In this document: positions 24,908 through 37,528 of the stretch, in pieces | How the letters are laid out: the number at the start of each line of letters is the position of its first letter | Numbering within the stretch: the first letter of the stretch is position 1 | NCBI GenBank assembly: GCA_050084985.1 | Contig: JBITNC010000001.1 | Coordinates: forward strand, 17,670,001-17,734,000 | Length of the DNA stretch: 64,000 bases | Direction: 5' to 3' | Source of the DNA: Nageia nagi | Taxonomy: Eukaryota > Plantae > Pinophyta | Notes under the pieces: model-generated | Databases searched by the model: none | Told to the model about the DNA's origin: nothing | What the model saw: the letters and a program-made list of their open reading frames with translations, nothing else | Position numbers and translations under genes: made by a program

Positions 24908-26577
24908 TCTATGCTAGGTCGCACGAATTCAATGAGTGGGTTAGGTCGCATGTTTTTGAGACAATGCCCTTTACACACCCTTCAAAATGCGACTAACCTT
25001 TTTCCAGTGACATGATAACTGAGCCAGGCCACAACGATATCTCCTTCAGGTCTCGCGAACTTGATAAATGAGCCAGGCCATGTGTTTTCTTAGCATTGCT
25101 TTTTACACTCTCCTCAAATCATGCAACTAGCTCTTCCTTAGGCAAATAGTGGAAAACGATGATCAACTCATGGTATTTATATAGCTCCAACATGCCAGGT
25201 GGGTCCATTTTATCGAGCCAGGTGTTCATTTGAATACGATCGCATGTTTGGGCCGATTAGGCTAGGTTGCATGGTTTAAAATACTTGCTTTTGGCATACA
25301 CTTGAAATCACACGACCTCCTTTTCCCTTGCTCGCATGATGCTCAAATGAGGATCTAAGACCCTTTTCCCTTGCTTGCATGATTTTGAAAACTAGCTTGG
25401 GGCATCACTTTTGAAACGCGCAACCAACTTCTCTTTGACTTGTGCATATGCCAAAATGTAAGGGGTTGCTCTCTTTTATGTCCTTGTTGACTTGATTTTC
25501 GAGAACAAAGCCTAGGTCACATATTTTCAAACACTTGTCCAAGGCACTCTTTTTGAAACGCGGGATCACATTATTTTCTCATTTTGGTCACTTGTTTTTT
25601 GAAAGTATCCTTTTGCATACTTCTAAAACCATCCGACCTACTATTTTCAGCTAACTTTGGTCGCTCATTTCTTCGAACACACCTTTTGCATTCCTCCCAA
25701 AAGCACGACCTCTCCATACTTAGAAATTTTTTGCTCAAATTGAGGTTGGCTAGCCAATATTTGCAATTTTTGGAGGTTTCACTTCTTTTACTATGCCCGG
25801 ATCACTTTCTTGAAAAAACAATCACTTTGACACCTTAAAATGTGCGACCCAAAACAGGAAATTTTTGCCATAATGAACCTTCTTTGGTCGCACCCTTTAT
25901 AAACTTAGCTCATGCACTCTCTTGAAAATATGCAACCTTAAGTGAACTTGTGCAAATCTTCAAGGTCTTAGAAACTTTTGAAGGGTTTTAGCTAAGGCAT
26001 GCTAATTCCATTTTTAGCTCTTGTTTTTCCTGGAATTTACTTGTTGAAGGTACCATTTTGCAAAAAAGTAGGATCCCTAAATTTACGAAAATTAAGCGTG
26101 CGTTGTGCCGGCACAACAGAATCCACATGTCTAAGATTCAACTACGTATTGTTTTTGTATTCTAAAGAAATATTTGCCCACAGGCATTTCAGTATATTAT
26201 TTGAACTGGAACCGGAATGTTCCTGAAACACACAAAGTACCCAACACATTTTTTCCACTCTTCCTCTTCCTGTCTCAGGATAGTTTGAATTGATATTGCT
26301 TTCATATTCTATTTTCACATTGAATAACGCACAAGCATGTATACTTAGTATACAATAATCTTAGCATTTTAGTAGACATTCCTATGTTTGTTTCCATTTC
26401 AAGATACAAAAGAAAGAATAATATTTATTTTCATGGAATAATAATGCAATATATTTAAAAATCAAGGAATCTAGAAGTAGCATATTACTTATTACTTTGC
26501 AGACTTAGAATTACTAAGTCACAATATTTTTTAACTTTGAAATGCACTAACAATGAATTCCAGAAGAAATACAATAC

Positions 26578-26634
26578 CGATGCAAAGCCAGGTCATCAGA
26601 GAGTTTTCCCCTTGCCCTGAACCAATATTTCTGT
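26578..26634 (-). CDS. ACH2: Acyl-CoA thioesterase II exon: QKYWFRARGKLSDDLALH(R)
   Basis: gcacAG / GTattg; 57 nt; YWFRA.G.LSDD.ALHR motif. Confidence 0.93.
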
Positions 26635-26785
26635 CTGTGCCAATATGATTGCATTTAGGAAAGTACAAATCATCTCAAGGTAGAAAAAAGCCTTTAAAAT
26701 AGAAGGAAAAATATGATGCTTGCAACTAGTTAATTGATTCAAGTACGCAATTATGTCAAATTCTATTTTTTATCCTGAATCTGAC

Positions 26786-26890
26786 CTTGGTTGGCGTGGA
26801 ATAAAATGAATATCATCGTGAGGTTCACAAAACCGAATCTCTATAGGCCATGGAACAAGCTTTCTTCTGGCTAGCTTTTTCCTGCTGGCC
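26786..26890 (-). CDS. ACH2: Acyl-CoA thioesterase II exon: ASRKKLARRKLVPWPIEIRFCEPHDDIHFIPRQP(R)
   Basis: tcaacAG / GTcaga; 105 nt; VPWPIEIRFCEP motif of plant ACH2. Confidence 0.93.
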
Positions 26891-27009
26891 CTGTTGATCA
26901 AGCAGGAAGAATAATTACATGAATTAATAAGTAGCTATTGAATGAATAAGTCTCAGACATGAGATCAGAAGCGCCAGCATGTATCTAGATCCAAGACAAG
27001 GCAGCTTAC

Positions 27010-27065
27010 ACAGGGATTCGAGGGTCAGTGAGGTATCCCTCAAGAAGTTTCTCCCTTGACACAAG
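27010..27065 (-). CDS. ACH2: Acyl-CoA thioesterase II exon: LVSREKLLEGYLTDPRIP(V)
   Basis: cactgcAG / GTaagc; 56 nt; in frame; resembles the plant L.S.EEL....TDP.LP segment. Confidence 0.88.
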
Positions 27066-27153
27066 CTGCAGTGATTATTTTTTAAAACATCAGTTTTGAC
27101 GGTTTTCAAAAGAATCTTATGATTAACTAAAAACCAAGATTCCATTCAAATAC

Positions 27154-27213
27154 CTTGTCTGGATCTGGTGCACTTGGCATAGGTTCATGATGCTCAAATC
27201 CATTTTCACGTTT
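27154..27213 (-). CDS. ACH2: Acyl-CoA thioesterase II exon: KRENGFEHHEPMPSAPDPDK
   Basis: tctttgcAG / GTattt; 60 nt; matches GFEHQ..MP..PDP of the family. Confidence 0.92.
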
Positions 27214-27857
27214 CTGCAAAGAATCCACAAGAATATTAGAATTCTAAATTGATTAGGATTTACAATCAGATATACAATCGCAAGAAATTATAATTCCTAT
27301 CTTCTCTGCCATATTAATAAAATTACAAGATCTGTGGAGTGCCAGTTTGAATCTTCTAGATAGACTTCAGTGTTTGCAGACCATATTATGTGTAGAATCA
27401 AGCCCTTAAAAAATATGCAAAGTTTCAACAAGTGGATGCATAATCTGAGCTGCTAAAGCACCTGATATTTAGGCCCTAATTGTAAGGTAATCTACATGTT
27501 TTGATACCTAAAAAAGCTATCCTTTCACTGGAAAAACTATTTACCAGCTTCACTTACAAAATCAACAATGGTAACCATATATACATAACCTTGAACAATT
27601 ATAATATAAAGATAACAAACAATCATTAGTTTAAATAGATCATATCAATTATCTTACTGCACCACCTTTTCTTCCTTTCATAGTTTGCACAGTTCAGATA
27701 GAAACCCAGCATGAGAAATAAATGGCTATATCCTCCTAATCTATAGTTGTGGAACAAGGAACTTCGCAATCTTTTGAAATATTTGACAAGATGGAACAAT
27801 TAACATGCATTAACCATCAAATAATGGTCTAATTCTTACATGCAGCGTCCATACTAC

Positions 27858-27970
27858 CTGGAATGAAGCACCCATTGTGAATATCAATTGTCCTTTTTGT
27901 ATGGCTTCTACTTGTCGAGTAGAAAAGCTTTTTCCATCACGAACACGATGAACATGATAAATGATTGGTA
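27858..27970 (-). CDS. ACH2: Acyl-CoA thioesterase II exon: (L)[37 protein letters not shown]
   Basis: ttgttgcAG / GTagta; 113 nt; phase-compatible with both neighbours; canonical PIIY.V.R.RDG.SF.TR.V.A.Q.G motif. Confidence 0.95.
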
Positions 27971-28199
27971 CTGCAACAAAAACCAAATGTCTGATCATTC
28001 CATGAAGATATCCCTAAGGTTACATGGCATTTCAGAGACATGTGCAATGGGGGACAAGGAGACACATTTTAGGGGTAGGAGGGGATGGCAGGCCATTTTC
28101 AGGAATTGCGATGGGGATGTCAAGAAAACTACATATAAAAATGAGTAAAAAAAATTAAAATATAGCAAATTCACATACTTGTTAAACCATAGTCTAAAG

Positions 28200-28470
28200 C
28201 ATAATTGTCAAACTCAAGAGTCCTGAGTACTCACCCAAGCTTTAGTACGAGTGGATTCAACTGAGCCAAGTCTACTTGGACTCGATTTTTTCCAAGTCCA
28301 ACCCAAGTCCAGGTTGAGTTCAAGTTTTTCTTGAGTTTTGTCAAGTTTTTTTCATCTTTTCTTTTTGTCAATCTTTCTTCACTTTTTCTTTTTGTCAAGT
28401 TTTTGCCAAGTTTTGCTGAGTTTTCTTTCCAAGTCCCAAGTCCAATCAAAGTTTGAGTTTAAAAACTACG
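28200..28470. mobile_element. hAT-type MITE (271 bp)
   Basis: Imperfect TIR CATAATTGTCAAACTC / GAGTTTAAAAACTACG; perfect 8-bp TSD GTCTAAAG. Confidence 0.85.
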
Positions 28471-28984
28471 GTCTAAAGGGCCAAGGATGATTGCGTATCT
28501 AGTAAAACTGTCTAGTATATTCATTGTTTTCCAATTTCCACTTGTCTAGTAAAACTGTTTGCCAAAAACCATCTAGTTTTAAGCGCCAAAGGCTATAAAA
28601 TATAAATTGTTTGTTGACAACAGGAGAAAAGAACAATAGGATAAATTCATGTGTAAAACTCAGAAACTATCTAATTCACCATATAGCTCAGATCTTAGAA
28701 CTGTTTGATCCTGTCAATCGCATACAAAAATCTGAAACATGAAATCATCATATGTTATAAATTAAAATATTAAAGCCTAAATGTAATAATATAAAATCTG
28801 TCATTGTCCTTTACTATTGTTAGTATTTTCAACTTTTTACTTTTACTATTTGCTAAGAGTCTTCATATAAAACATTTTCAACTTTTGTTTTAGGTCTACG
28901 ATTAAAAGGGTCAGAAGGGGCTCGGTGGACCCTGCCATCTTCCCCCTTGAGGATGGCCCTCAAAGGCTGAGAAACATGTGCCCC

Positions 28985-30160
28985 TGTAACACTAGTCACT
29001 GTACTAGCTGAACTATAACAAATGGTATCAAAGAAATGACCTTGGTTGCCTATAGGAGAGAAAGTTCAATCGGACATCAAATCGCAATTATATTGCTTCT
29101 GTTGGTATTAGTTATTACTAATGTGATATCAAACGTGTAATTTGCATGCAATTTATGTTATTGTACTAGCTGAATCATAACAAGTGATATTAGAGACATG
29201 ACCTTGGTAGCCTATAGGAGTGAAAGCGCATCAGACATCAAATCTAAAATTATAGGTACTAAATTTTCCTGTAAATTTTTTTGCAATTCATATTCCATAT
29301 ATTTGAATTTGTGGGATCAATAATTATAATCAAGTAGCAAAAACAAAAGTATAGAAACCTGAAGTATCCATCAAGATAATTGTCCCATTAGATCCATCAT
29401 CGAGAGGATTGAAATAGTATGTAACTCCAACAACATCCTGGGTATACCTAAACAATCCTATATAACCAAAATCACTCCATCAAGAGATTTGTACCATTAG
29501 ATCCAAAGGACCTTCCTAGTAAGTTGGTAGGAAGGATTACTAACATCTAGAAGACTAGTCTTCAATAAAGGAAACCACATCAACATCTAGAAGAGTAGTT
29601 TCAAGAGAGGAAATTATGTTGAATAGAATAAAACCCCTTCAAAAACTTAGAGCAACTTACACCAATGATCCATGAATGAAGCAAAAAATGTGGAATTATT
29701 CAAAGGTTACGAAGGAAGCAGATGCCAAAATATACAACATAATGTCGGAGGAAGGAAAGATGAACTATTTTGCAGACAATGTATCACCAAAAAGCTCATG
29801 GAGACATCTATGGGTGAGCTAAAATCTATATTCCAAGATTTTCTTATTAATTATGGAGAATTGGTCAAAATCATGCAACAAACAACAAAAACAAGCACAA
29901 AAATAATTCCAAAATAACTCCTCGCAAGGAGGATACAAAGAAAGGTACAATTTTTTCCAAAATGACCTTTAAATAGCAAATCAACTAAGTTGAATGTATG
30001 GAATTTTAACAGGAAGAATCTAGAAGAATGGCTTGGGTTAATGGAGCAGAAATATGCATTCCATAATGTTCCACAATACACAAGGGTACCTTACCACTCA
30101 TGCACTAGCAAAGGGATTCTTGGAAATTCATCCATTTCAAGTTGAAACATTGTGAAAGTA
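28985..30160 (+). mobile_element. Highly degraded gypsy 5' region (PBS-like site and gag remnant)
   Basis: AACA-AA-TGGTATCAAAG at about 29023, duplicated at about 29180; KLNVWNFNRKNLEEWLGLMEQKYAFHNVP resembles gypsy gag (KFDG.DP..W...MEQFF..H.VP). Confidence 0.5.
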
Positions 30161-32048
30161 CATCAAATTGGAAAAGACTCGAAAAAATTCTCTACAGTTC
30201 TATCGCAGCAAAAGATGTTAAGAGCCATGAAGCATTTAAGTCTTAAAGACTAGCATTGACAAATTTTTAACTTACCTTTGCAAGCGGCGATGACAAATGT
30301 GCATCTAGTCAACTTGTAGAGAAAGCACTTCATATCTAGCACTATGAAACCTACCATAACAATTTCTTTGCTAAAGCTTTGGAAGCAAAGGCAATCAATT
30401 GCATATCTAGTTATCATGTAGCAAATACGCTTCATCATTATCATTGTGAAACTTACTTTTATAATTTCTCTGCTTATCTTTCGTAGTGACCATGGTAAAG
30501 GGTATATCTAGCCATGTTGTGGCAAAGGTATTTGAGATACTCATAGCGAAAGAAGGGAAAACAATTGACCTTCCGCATTCAAGAATCCTAGATGACCTAA
30601 GGAGATTTACACAATTGTCATTCATTCCTTGAAGGACGAATGAGTTTCAAAGTCAAAGAAGATCAATCCCATCAAACTAAAAATTGGCATAAATCAATGG
30701 CTATTGCAATTCTTTCTACTTTTGGAAGATCCCATTGACCTCTAGATCATCATGTACAAACATGGTGTTGCTTTGTCTTTTTGAGAGCAAACGAAATTGC
30801 TACATGGCATATTTTAGACATGTTAACAAATACTATGGAAGAGCAAGTGCAAATTTTATAGTCACAAGAATCGGATCAAAACCTAATTGTGGTTGTTACA
30901 CACATATGTCAAGTGTTGGGGGCTTTTTCTTTAAAACCTTGCTGATGGGCAAATGAGCTTCCAAGGCTTGTGGGAAGACACCAACACCTAGGTGATAGGG
31001 CATGACCCCTACCCGCTATGAGGACTGGTTACCTCAAAGGTCTCATGATGGTGTGTGCGAGAGGTTGATCAGGAGACTGGTTGAGATGTTTGAAGTTGTT
31101 CCCAACTCAAATATCATTTGTTTATCAAGGACTCAAAGGGTCCCTGTCTCTAGGAAGTGGTTGTTTCTCAAACAAAATAAAAAAAGGTGGGTTGCGAAAG
31201 ACGCGCAAAAAAATGAAAAATAAAGAAAAAGGTTGAGTAGACAGTGATATGTGAGTTCAGCACAAAAGTTCAATGATCTCACCGACTAGTACAAATTTTA
31301 AGAATCAACTCTAACGGGCTTGTCATGGGTTCCACGCACTCCAAATCCACCTTACTAGTCAACAACATGAATGACCTAGCAAGAGGAGCTTGAAGCTAAG
31401 GTGATGATGACAAATGATGAGATGTAGGTAGAGCTCGGACGAGGGAGTGAAGTTCCTATGTTAAGCGACATATGGAAGCCATCTCAAAGTGTACAAGTCT
31501 ATATTGCAAACTATGAATTGTTATACAACCATGCACTTCTTGAAGTACTTCTAAAAGTGTTCAAGCACTCTTTTGTCCACTTTAAGCAAGATTTACAAAA
31601 TGTACCAAGTATTCAAGACAACACAAGATAGTAACATCCATTCACATTCATAGTTCCAAATGAGAGCATTCACTTATTCATTTACTTGAAATAAATCACA
31701 TTCACAAAATGGAGGAAACTTGCAAGCTTGAAAGTATTAAGTTGTCCAATTTGCAAAATGTCTAATCCTCTACAAATGAGCCCAAATGGGCTATAAATAG
31801 TTTTCTTGGCAACACTAGATGTTGCCCTAACCCTAATTCCAAAATACGAGAAAATACAAATGGACAAATCACAAATTGCCAAATGGCATTACAAAATGCC
31901 AAATGGCATTACAAAATGTCTTCCACGCTTGTGGGAGCAAATCCTCATCCATCGCAAGCTTGGGAATTAAATAACCAATATAATAAAAGTATTTTATCAT
32001 AACATGTGTCTTTTCTTGGAAATAAACAACAAACTATGAAAATTGTGA

Positions 32049-35000
32049 CTAAGATGAATGTGGGCCCAACGCCTTAATGTGTCCCTCGAAATCCTCGTCC
32101 AAGAATTTCACTGTGAGTTCCAATCCATGCAACATCTCTAACATCTTTGGAGCATTCCCAGCAACACAACGTTCAACCTCTTCAAACATCCTTTGCATGT
32201 CATTCTTCCAGGCATGAGCTCTCAACAGGTGTCTCAAGTGACTTCCAGTCTGATAGGTGTTGCCATCATCGATCATGATTAAGCTATGAAGGAAGTGTTG
32301 GCCAGGTCCTTATTTATGATGGTAGCATCATCATCTATGAATTTGACCTGTAAATCCATTTGTTCAAGGCTGGTGTTGGCCTTGTTGTTGAGTGCTTCGA
32401 CCTCCTTTTGCACTTCCTAGAAACAAATAGCTATCTGATTGACAACACCCAAGTAGAACTAGTAATATTCACAAAACTTCACATCCTCAAGCCTTCGACC
32501 TTGTGTCATCTCAAATCTCATTATCATTAGCTTTCGGGAATCTAGGATTCTGAGAAGGCTAGCTCTCTCCACCACAATGTCCTTTAACTTTTGTTCCTCA
32601 AGTGTGGCCCTCTGCAATGCACCAACGAACTGCTAAACCACCACCAAGACCTCATCGATTACCTTCTATTTTACTACAATCATACCCTCCTTGACGGATT
32701 TTATCTTTCGAAGCTCCTCCGTGGGTACCTTTGCTAACTCTAACTCTCTAGTCAATCTTTTTTTAGCAGCTAACTCCTTCTTGAGGCCTTTTATTTCTTT
32801 TTATTTCATCATCCCATCTTTAGGAATTGCCTCAATGTTGGATATGATCGCATGTTTCTGCCCTACCACTCCAATGGGACCTGTATTGATGATTTGGTTT
32901 ATTTGTCTAAGGTCTTCAAGTCATTATGGATTGTCTTTGTCGGCGATTATAGAATTGATGTGAATCGCATTATTGGCCAAATGCACATAAGTCTAGGTCT
33001 TACCCAGGCGAGTAAAGCTTTTGTGACAATCTAAAATCACCCTCGGCAAAAACAACTCCAACTATGGTATTCCAACCCTCAACTAATGAAGGAAACACAC
33101 CCACGTTGGGCCCCTTGGGCATCCAATGACACTACAATGCAAACGTGAGCCTCCCAAGGCCTCCACGCAACTCCTACACCCTAACATCAGCCCTCTAGGG
33201 CACACACCAACACTTGGCACCTCAACGAATGCCTCACAGATGAATATGCAATGCTTGTACACCCACAAATGCAATAAAGCTTCCAACACCAGTATGCAAG
33301 AGACACACACACACATACATAAACAATGGACAACACAATGGAGAGAGAGACACAAGTTGTATTTTATTATGGTATGAAAATGGAATACAATGAGGATCTC
33401 AACAAATCAGATCTAGGGTTCCAAACCCTCTTCAAGTCGAACACACTGCAGAAAAGACTCACTTCCTTAGTATCCAAATCCTCTCCTGCAAAGGAGCCTC
33501 TTCGAACCCTAGCAACCAATGAAGGTAGAAGCTTGTCCTCAGAATACCACCGGATAGACTAGGTGACCCACCTAAGTCATAGAATGCCAGGCTCCCAACC
33601 CTATCACTCCTCGAGACGTCGTCTAGGAATAATGTTCAGCACCACCAAGACTTGAATGCCCAATCGGGTTCAACATAGAAGAAGTATAATCAATAGCTAA
33701 CCTCCTCATGGAACTCCATCCTCAATATATAGCCTCACGTGTCTATCCATCATACCTTGTTATCATCCCAAGCCAAGTCTATTCCAACGTTGGGGTCAAC
33801 AGGTCAACCATGCCAACATGGGGGTCATATTGGCCCAATATGCTAACGTGGGGGTCCCATGGGCTTAGTGTGCCAACATGGGGGTCATAAAGGCCCTCAA
33901 GGCTGACATGGGGTCTAATGGGCCTCCTCAAGCTGACGTGGGGGTCCAAGTGACCTCATAAGCCAACGTGGAGTAAGCGGGGCCCTCCCAACACAATGAT
34001 GAGAGACACAATTATGTATTTTATTATGGAATGGAGGTGGAATACAATGAGGATCTCAATATCTAGATCTAGGGTTCCAAACCCTTTGCAAGTCGAGCAC
34101 CACAGGAAAGACTCACTCCCTTAGACTCTGAATCCTCTCCTGCGAAGGAGCCTCCTCGAACTCTGGCGACCATTGAAGGTAGAACCTCGCCCTCGAAATA
34201 CCATCGAATGGACTAGGTGACCCATCTAAGTCATAGAGTGCCAAGCTCCCAACCCTGTCACCCCTCTAGATGTCGTCTAGGAATAATGCTCAACACTACC
34301 AAGACTTTAATGCTTAATCGGGTTCAATACAGAAGAAGTATATTCAATAGCTAACCTCCTAATGGAGCTCCATCCTCAATATATAGCCTCATGTGTCTAT
34401 CCATCATACCTTGCTATCATCCCAAGCCAAGTCTATTCCAACGTTGGGGTCAACAAGTCAACCATGCCAACGTGGGGGTCATATTGGCCCAATATGCTAA
34501 TGTGGGGGTCCCATGGGCCCAGTGTGCCAATGTGGGGGTCATAAAGGCCTTCAAGGCTGACGTGGGGTCTAATGGGCCTCCTCAAGCTGACGTGGGGGTC
34601 CAAGTGACCTCATAAGCCAACGTGGGGTAAGTGGGGCCCTCCCAACGCTGGTGTATCCTTCTGCTCACTCTGGCCTATACAAGACTCATGCCTATCTAAG
34701 GATTCCCACAATTCGGGATAACCCATTACAAACTAATACAACACTACTCAAGGGGAGACGTCCCATTACTGGGCTCACAATGGGGTCCACAGACCATAAG
34801 CTCCTGCTTGAGTTACACATGTACAACAAGACCATGAACAAACACTAGATTACAAAGTGACCATGACACATTTTTTCAATGGTCCAAATGGGACATCACA
34901 ACTTTCTCCAACCTGATCATTCTCTTCTCTAACTCCAAACTTGTCCCCTACATCCATGTTAAACACGTACAAACACTCTTCCATGTTAACACCCATTCAT

Positions 35001-37148
35001 CTGTGGATGATAGTTGATGGGTTCCAACAACTACCTCCTGAATGGGTGGTGCTTTTCCTGGCCCTTTTCAAGGGTCTCTCTTCTTCACTGCGATCTCCTA
35101 AAACCTCTATCGATCGAGACTAGAAAGGCCTTTTTTTTTAACAGTGCTCTTTTTTGTACTGACTCTGAAGCTCGACCCTTACCCTTAGCTGTCGAAGGTT
35201 TCAAGGAAGTAGGCTTTTAAACAACCTTCACGATTTCTAAAGATTTGTCCTCTTGTTGGGTATCTGGAACATCATTGCGTTGCGTTGTACTCACTTCCTA
35301 CTCATCTTTTGATTCAGCTACTTTTCCTTCCTCTTGACTATCATTAGGTAAGTACCTAGAACTAGAGGATGAGGGGGACCCAAATGGCAGAACGACTGGT
35401 GATGGACATGCAGTTGATTCTCTAGGTGGTCTTGGCAGTGGGGATGGATCCTTCTCTCTGTTCCTAACACACCTCACCATCTTGTCAGTGGCCACCCGTT
35501 CCAGCTCTCTCACATCATGCTCATCAACGGTGTCCTTGACTTCTTGTACTACCTGTTCCACTAGATTCTTGCCACGTATTGATGCATATTGTCTGATGGG
35601 TTCTTCAACCGTGGTGGGAAACTGAGTCACCCTGGAGGTGGACTCTTGTGGTCTTCTTCCCTTCTGTTGTGACAATCTTTTGTTGATAGTGGCTTCAACA
35701 AGCTGTTGTTGATCATGGGCATCCTTGTGCATCTTGTCACGAATCTTCTTCATTTCTACCTCATTGCTCACATTCCGCAAAGGTTCTTCTTCTCAGAGTG
35801 GCTTATGTTCATATGTTTTCTTCCTCTCCTTCAAGTAAAATTGTTGGATCCTATGCTCAGGGTCATAATGGTTGGCGGCGGGCATCTTCTTGAAGTTGAA
35901 TCTCTCCAACTCCTCCTTCATGGTGTCAACGTCCGCCCAAGTCTTGCACTGATATTCACCCACTATTATTGGCAAGTTTGAAGTAGCCGATTTCTTCTGC
36001 CACACTTGTTCATGTAAATAGGCCAACTGCCTCATCATCTCCATAAGTAATAATTTGTTACTCACAAACCTTGGCAATTGATATGGTTGCACGGCTGATC
36101 CATGGATTCTGATGTAGGAATAGCGTTGGTAATGGAGGAAGAAGTCCCCATGCTTCTTCAACTCATCTTGGGCTAAGTTAGAGATCTTGATCACTGTGAT
36201 TTCTCCTTTAAGCTCCTTGTAGATCTCATACTCCCATCCATCGTTCTTCATGATGAAACTATCCTATCTCCTCTCAAGCTTCCATTTGGGGTAGCATCTC
36301 CAAATGGCATATGTTCCTTTCTCAATCCATGCTACTTTCCCTTTAGTCGTGGCCCTATACTTGTCGTGGAGCAACAAGTATATCAGGTAGGAATTAAGGT
36401 AGAATTTGCATGTGGTGCCCATGGATGATAACTGATCTGTAATAGAGTCACTCAACAACTTGCTCCACTTGATCCTTTCCCCTCTAGCAATCTCTACAAT
36501 GAAGCCAAAGAACTATTTTCTGAATTTGGAAGCATCTTCTTTTCCGAGAATTCTAGACAACATCAAGATCATCAACCCCACTGAAGGGTAGAAATTGGAG
36601 CGAGGGGCATTTATGAGAGCATTCCCCTTGAGTCCATGATGCTCATCCAGCATCCAACTCTTTATTGCAACGACAACCTTGTGAGTCTCTTGGTAGCATG
36701 CTAATGACTTTGCTTTGTTGTATTCAAAATTTCCCTCGGAAGTCCATTGGAATGCCATTCTGATGGCATCAAGGCTGAAGTCCATAATGATGTCTCTTTT
36801 GAGGTCTCGAAGGACTCTCTCTCCCTTTTGCCAATGATGATCAACCTCCATGCACAATTATGGAAAAGGAGCTATAAAGGGGATGAATGCACAGGTGGAG
36901 ATGCTGGAGAAGAACACAATGTCTTGTTTGAGGTCATTGACTGATAACCCATGTATTTTCTCCCTCATTTGCATAGGGTCAACATCTTGCCAATCTGTGT
37001 CTTTGATGGTAGCAAGACCTTTCCTTGAGAATCTAGCCCCTTGGGGAAGGGAGTCTTATCTTTCGCAAATGATGATGATGCAATCTTATCTCAGCCGCTC
37101 GAGATCCCTAGCAAAGTCTTTTGCCGAATTACTCTTGGAAGTAGTCAT
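32049..37148 (-). pseudogene. Decayed LTR-embedded unknown gene of element X, interrupted by solo LTR C1; paralog of the Z gene
   Basis: ATG at 37148; pieces 36857-36513, 36458-36264, 36251-35793, 35780-35298 and 32276-32049. Motifs KFYLNSYLIYLLL and YSYIRIHGS...PY.LPRFVSNKLLLME..RQ are shared with Z. Confidence 0.78.
33022..34900 (-). mobile_element. Solo LTR, family C (C1), with an internal ~655-bp tandem duplication, nested in X
   Basis: TGTGACAATC...GACATCACA; TSD GCTTT/ACTTT; homologous to 52308-53553; block ~33340-33990 is repeated at ~33995-34645. Confidence 0.88.
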
Positions 37149-37363
37149 GATGCTTAAGCTTGCAACGAGGTCTTCCAAGGGTGATGTGTGGGTTTCCAAG
37201 TGGTGAGGGAGGGCATCCAATGTTGGATTGGCTTGTCTCCCAATTGCTAGTGCAAGCCCTAGGATGTAATGACATGAAATTCAAACTCAAAAATCTGCAA
37301 TTTTGGTGCAAAAGTAGAAGATGAGTGCGATTTGAATTTGAGAAAATGAGGTACCCAAGCTTG

Positions 37364-37371
37364 TATTTATA
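37364..37371 (-). promoter_or_regulatory. TATA box (TATAAATA) between the palindrome array and the X ORF
   Basis: Position and flanks are conserved with 41172-41179 in Y and 44952-44959. Confidence 0.6.
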
Positions 37372-37528
37372 GCTGAAACTAGCTTCCAACAAACCCTAGT
37401 CGGCTAGTTCAAGGAGGAAAATACATCTTAATCGTCCAGCTAGCCAACCTCGGGATGTGTGCCTGCATCAAATTTCATGTCGAGTCGGCCAGGACCGGAC
37501 GTGGGGGTTTCAAGGCACCTTCAGGCTC

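Larger units (their letters stand above)
11255..26118 (-). mobile_element. Element Z: giant solo-LTR-like unit (~7.8 kb after removing nested inserts) with an internal ~1190-codon decayed ORF
   Basis: Perfect 5-bp TSD GAATC (11250-11254 / 26119-26123). Starts TGTTGTGCCGGCACAAC on the minus strand. The other end (AGTTGG...TTTCTTTCCTACCCTTGC) is homologous to the ends of elements X and Y. Confidence 0.82.

Noticed and set aside
30160-30913. Unassigned sequence continuing at 38803-39894, possibly a DNA transposon remnant
   Set aside because: No terminal repeats or protein motif could be supported.
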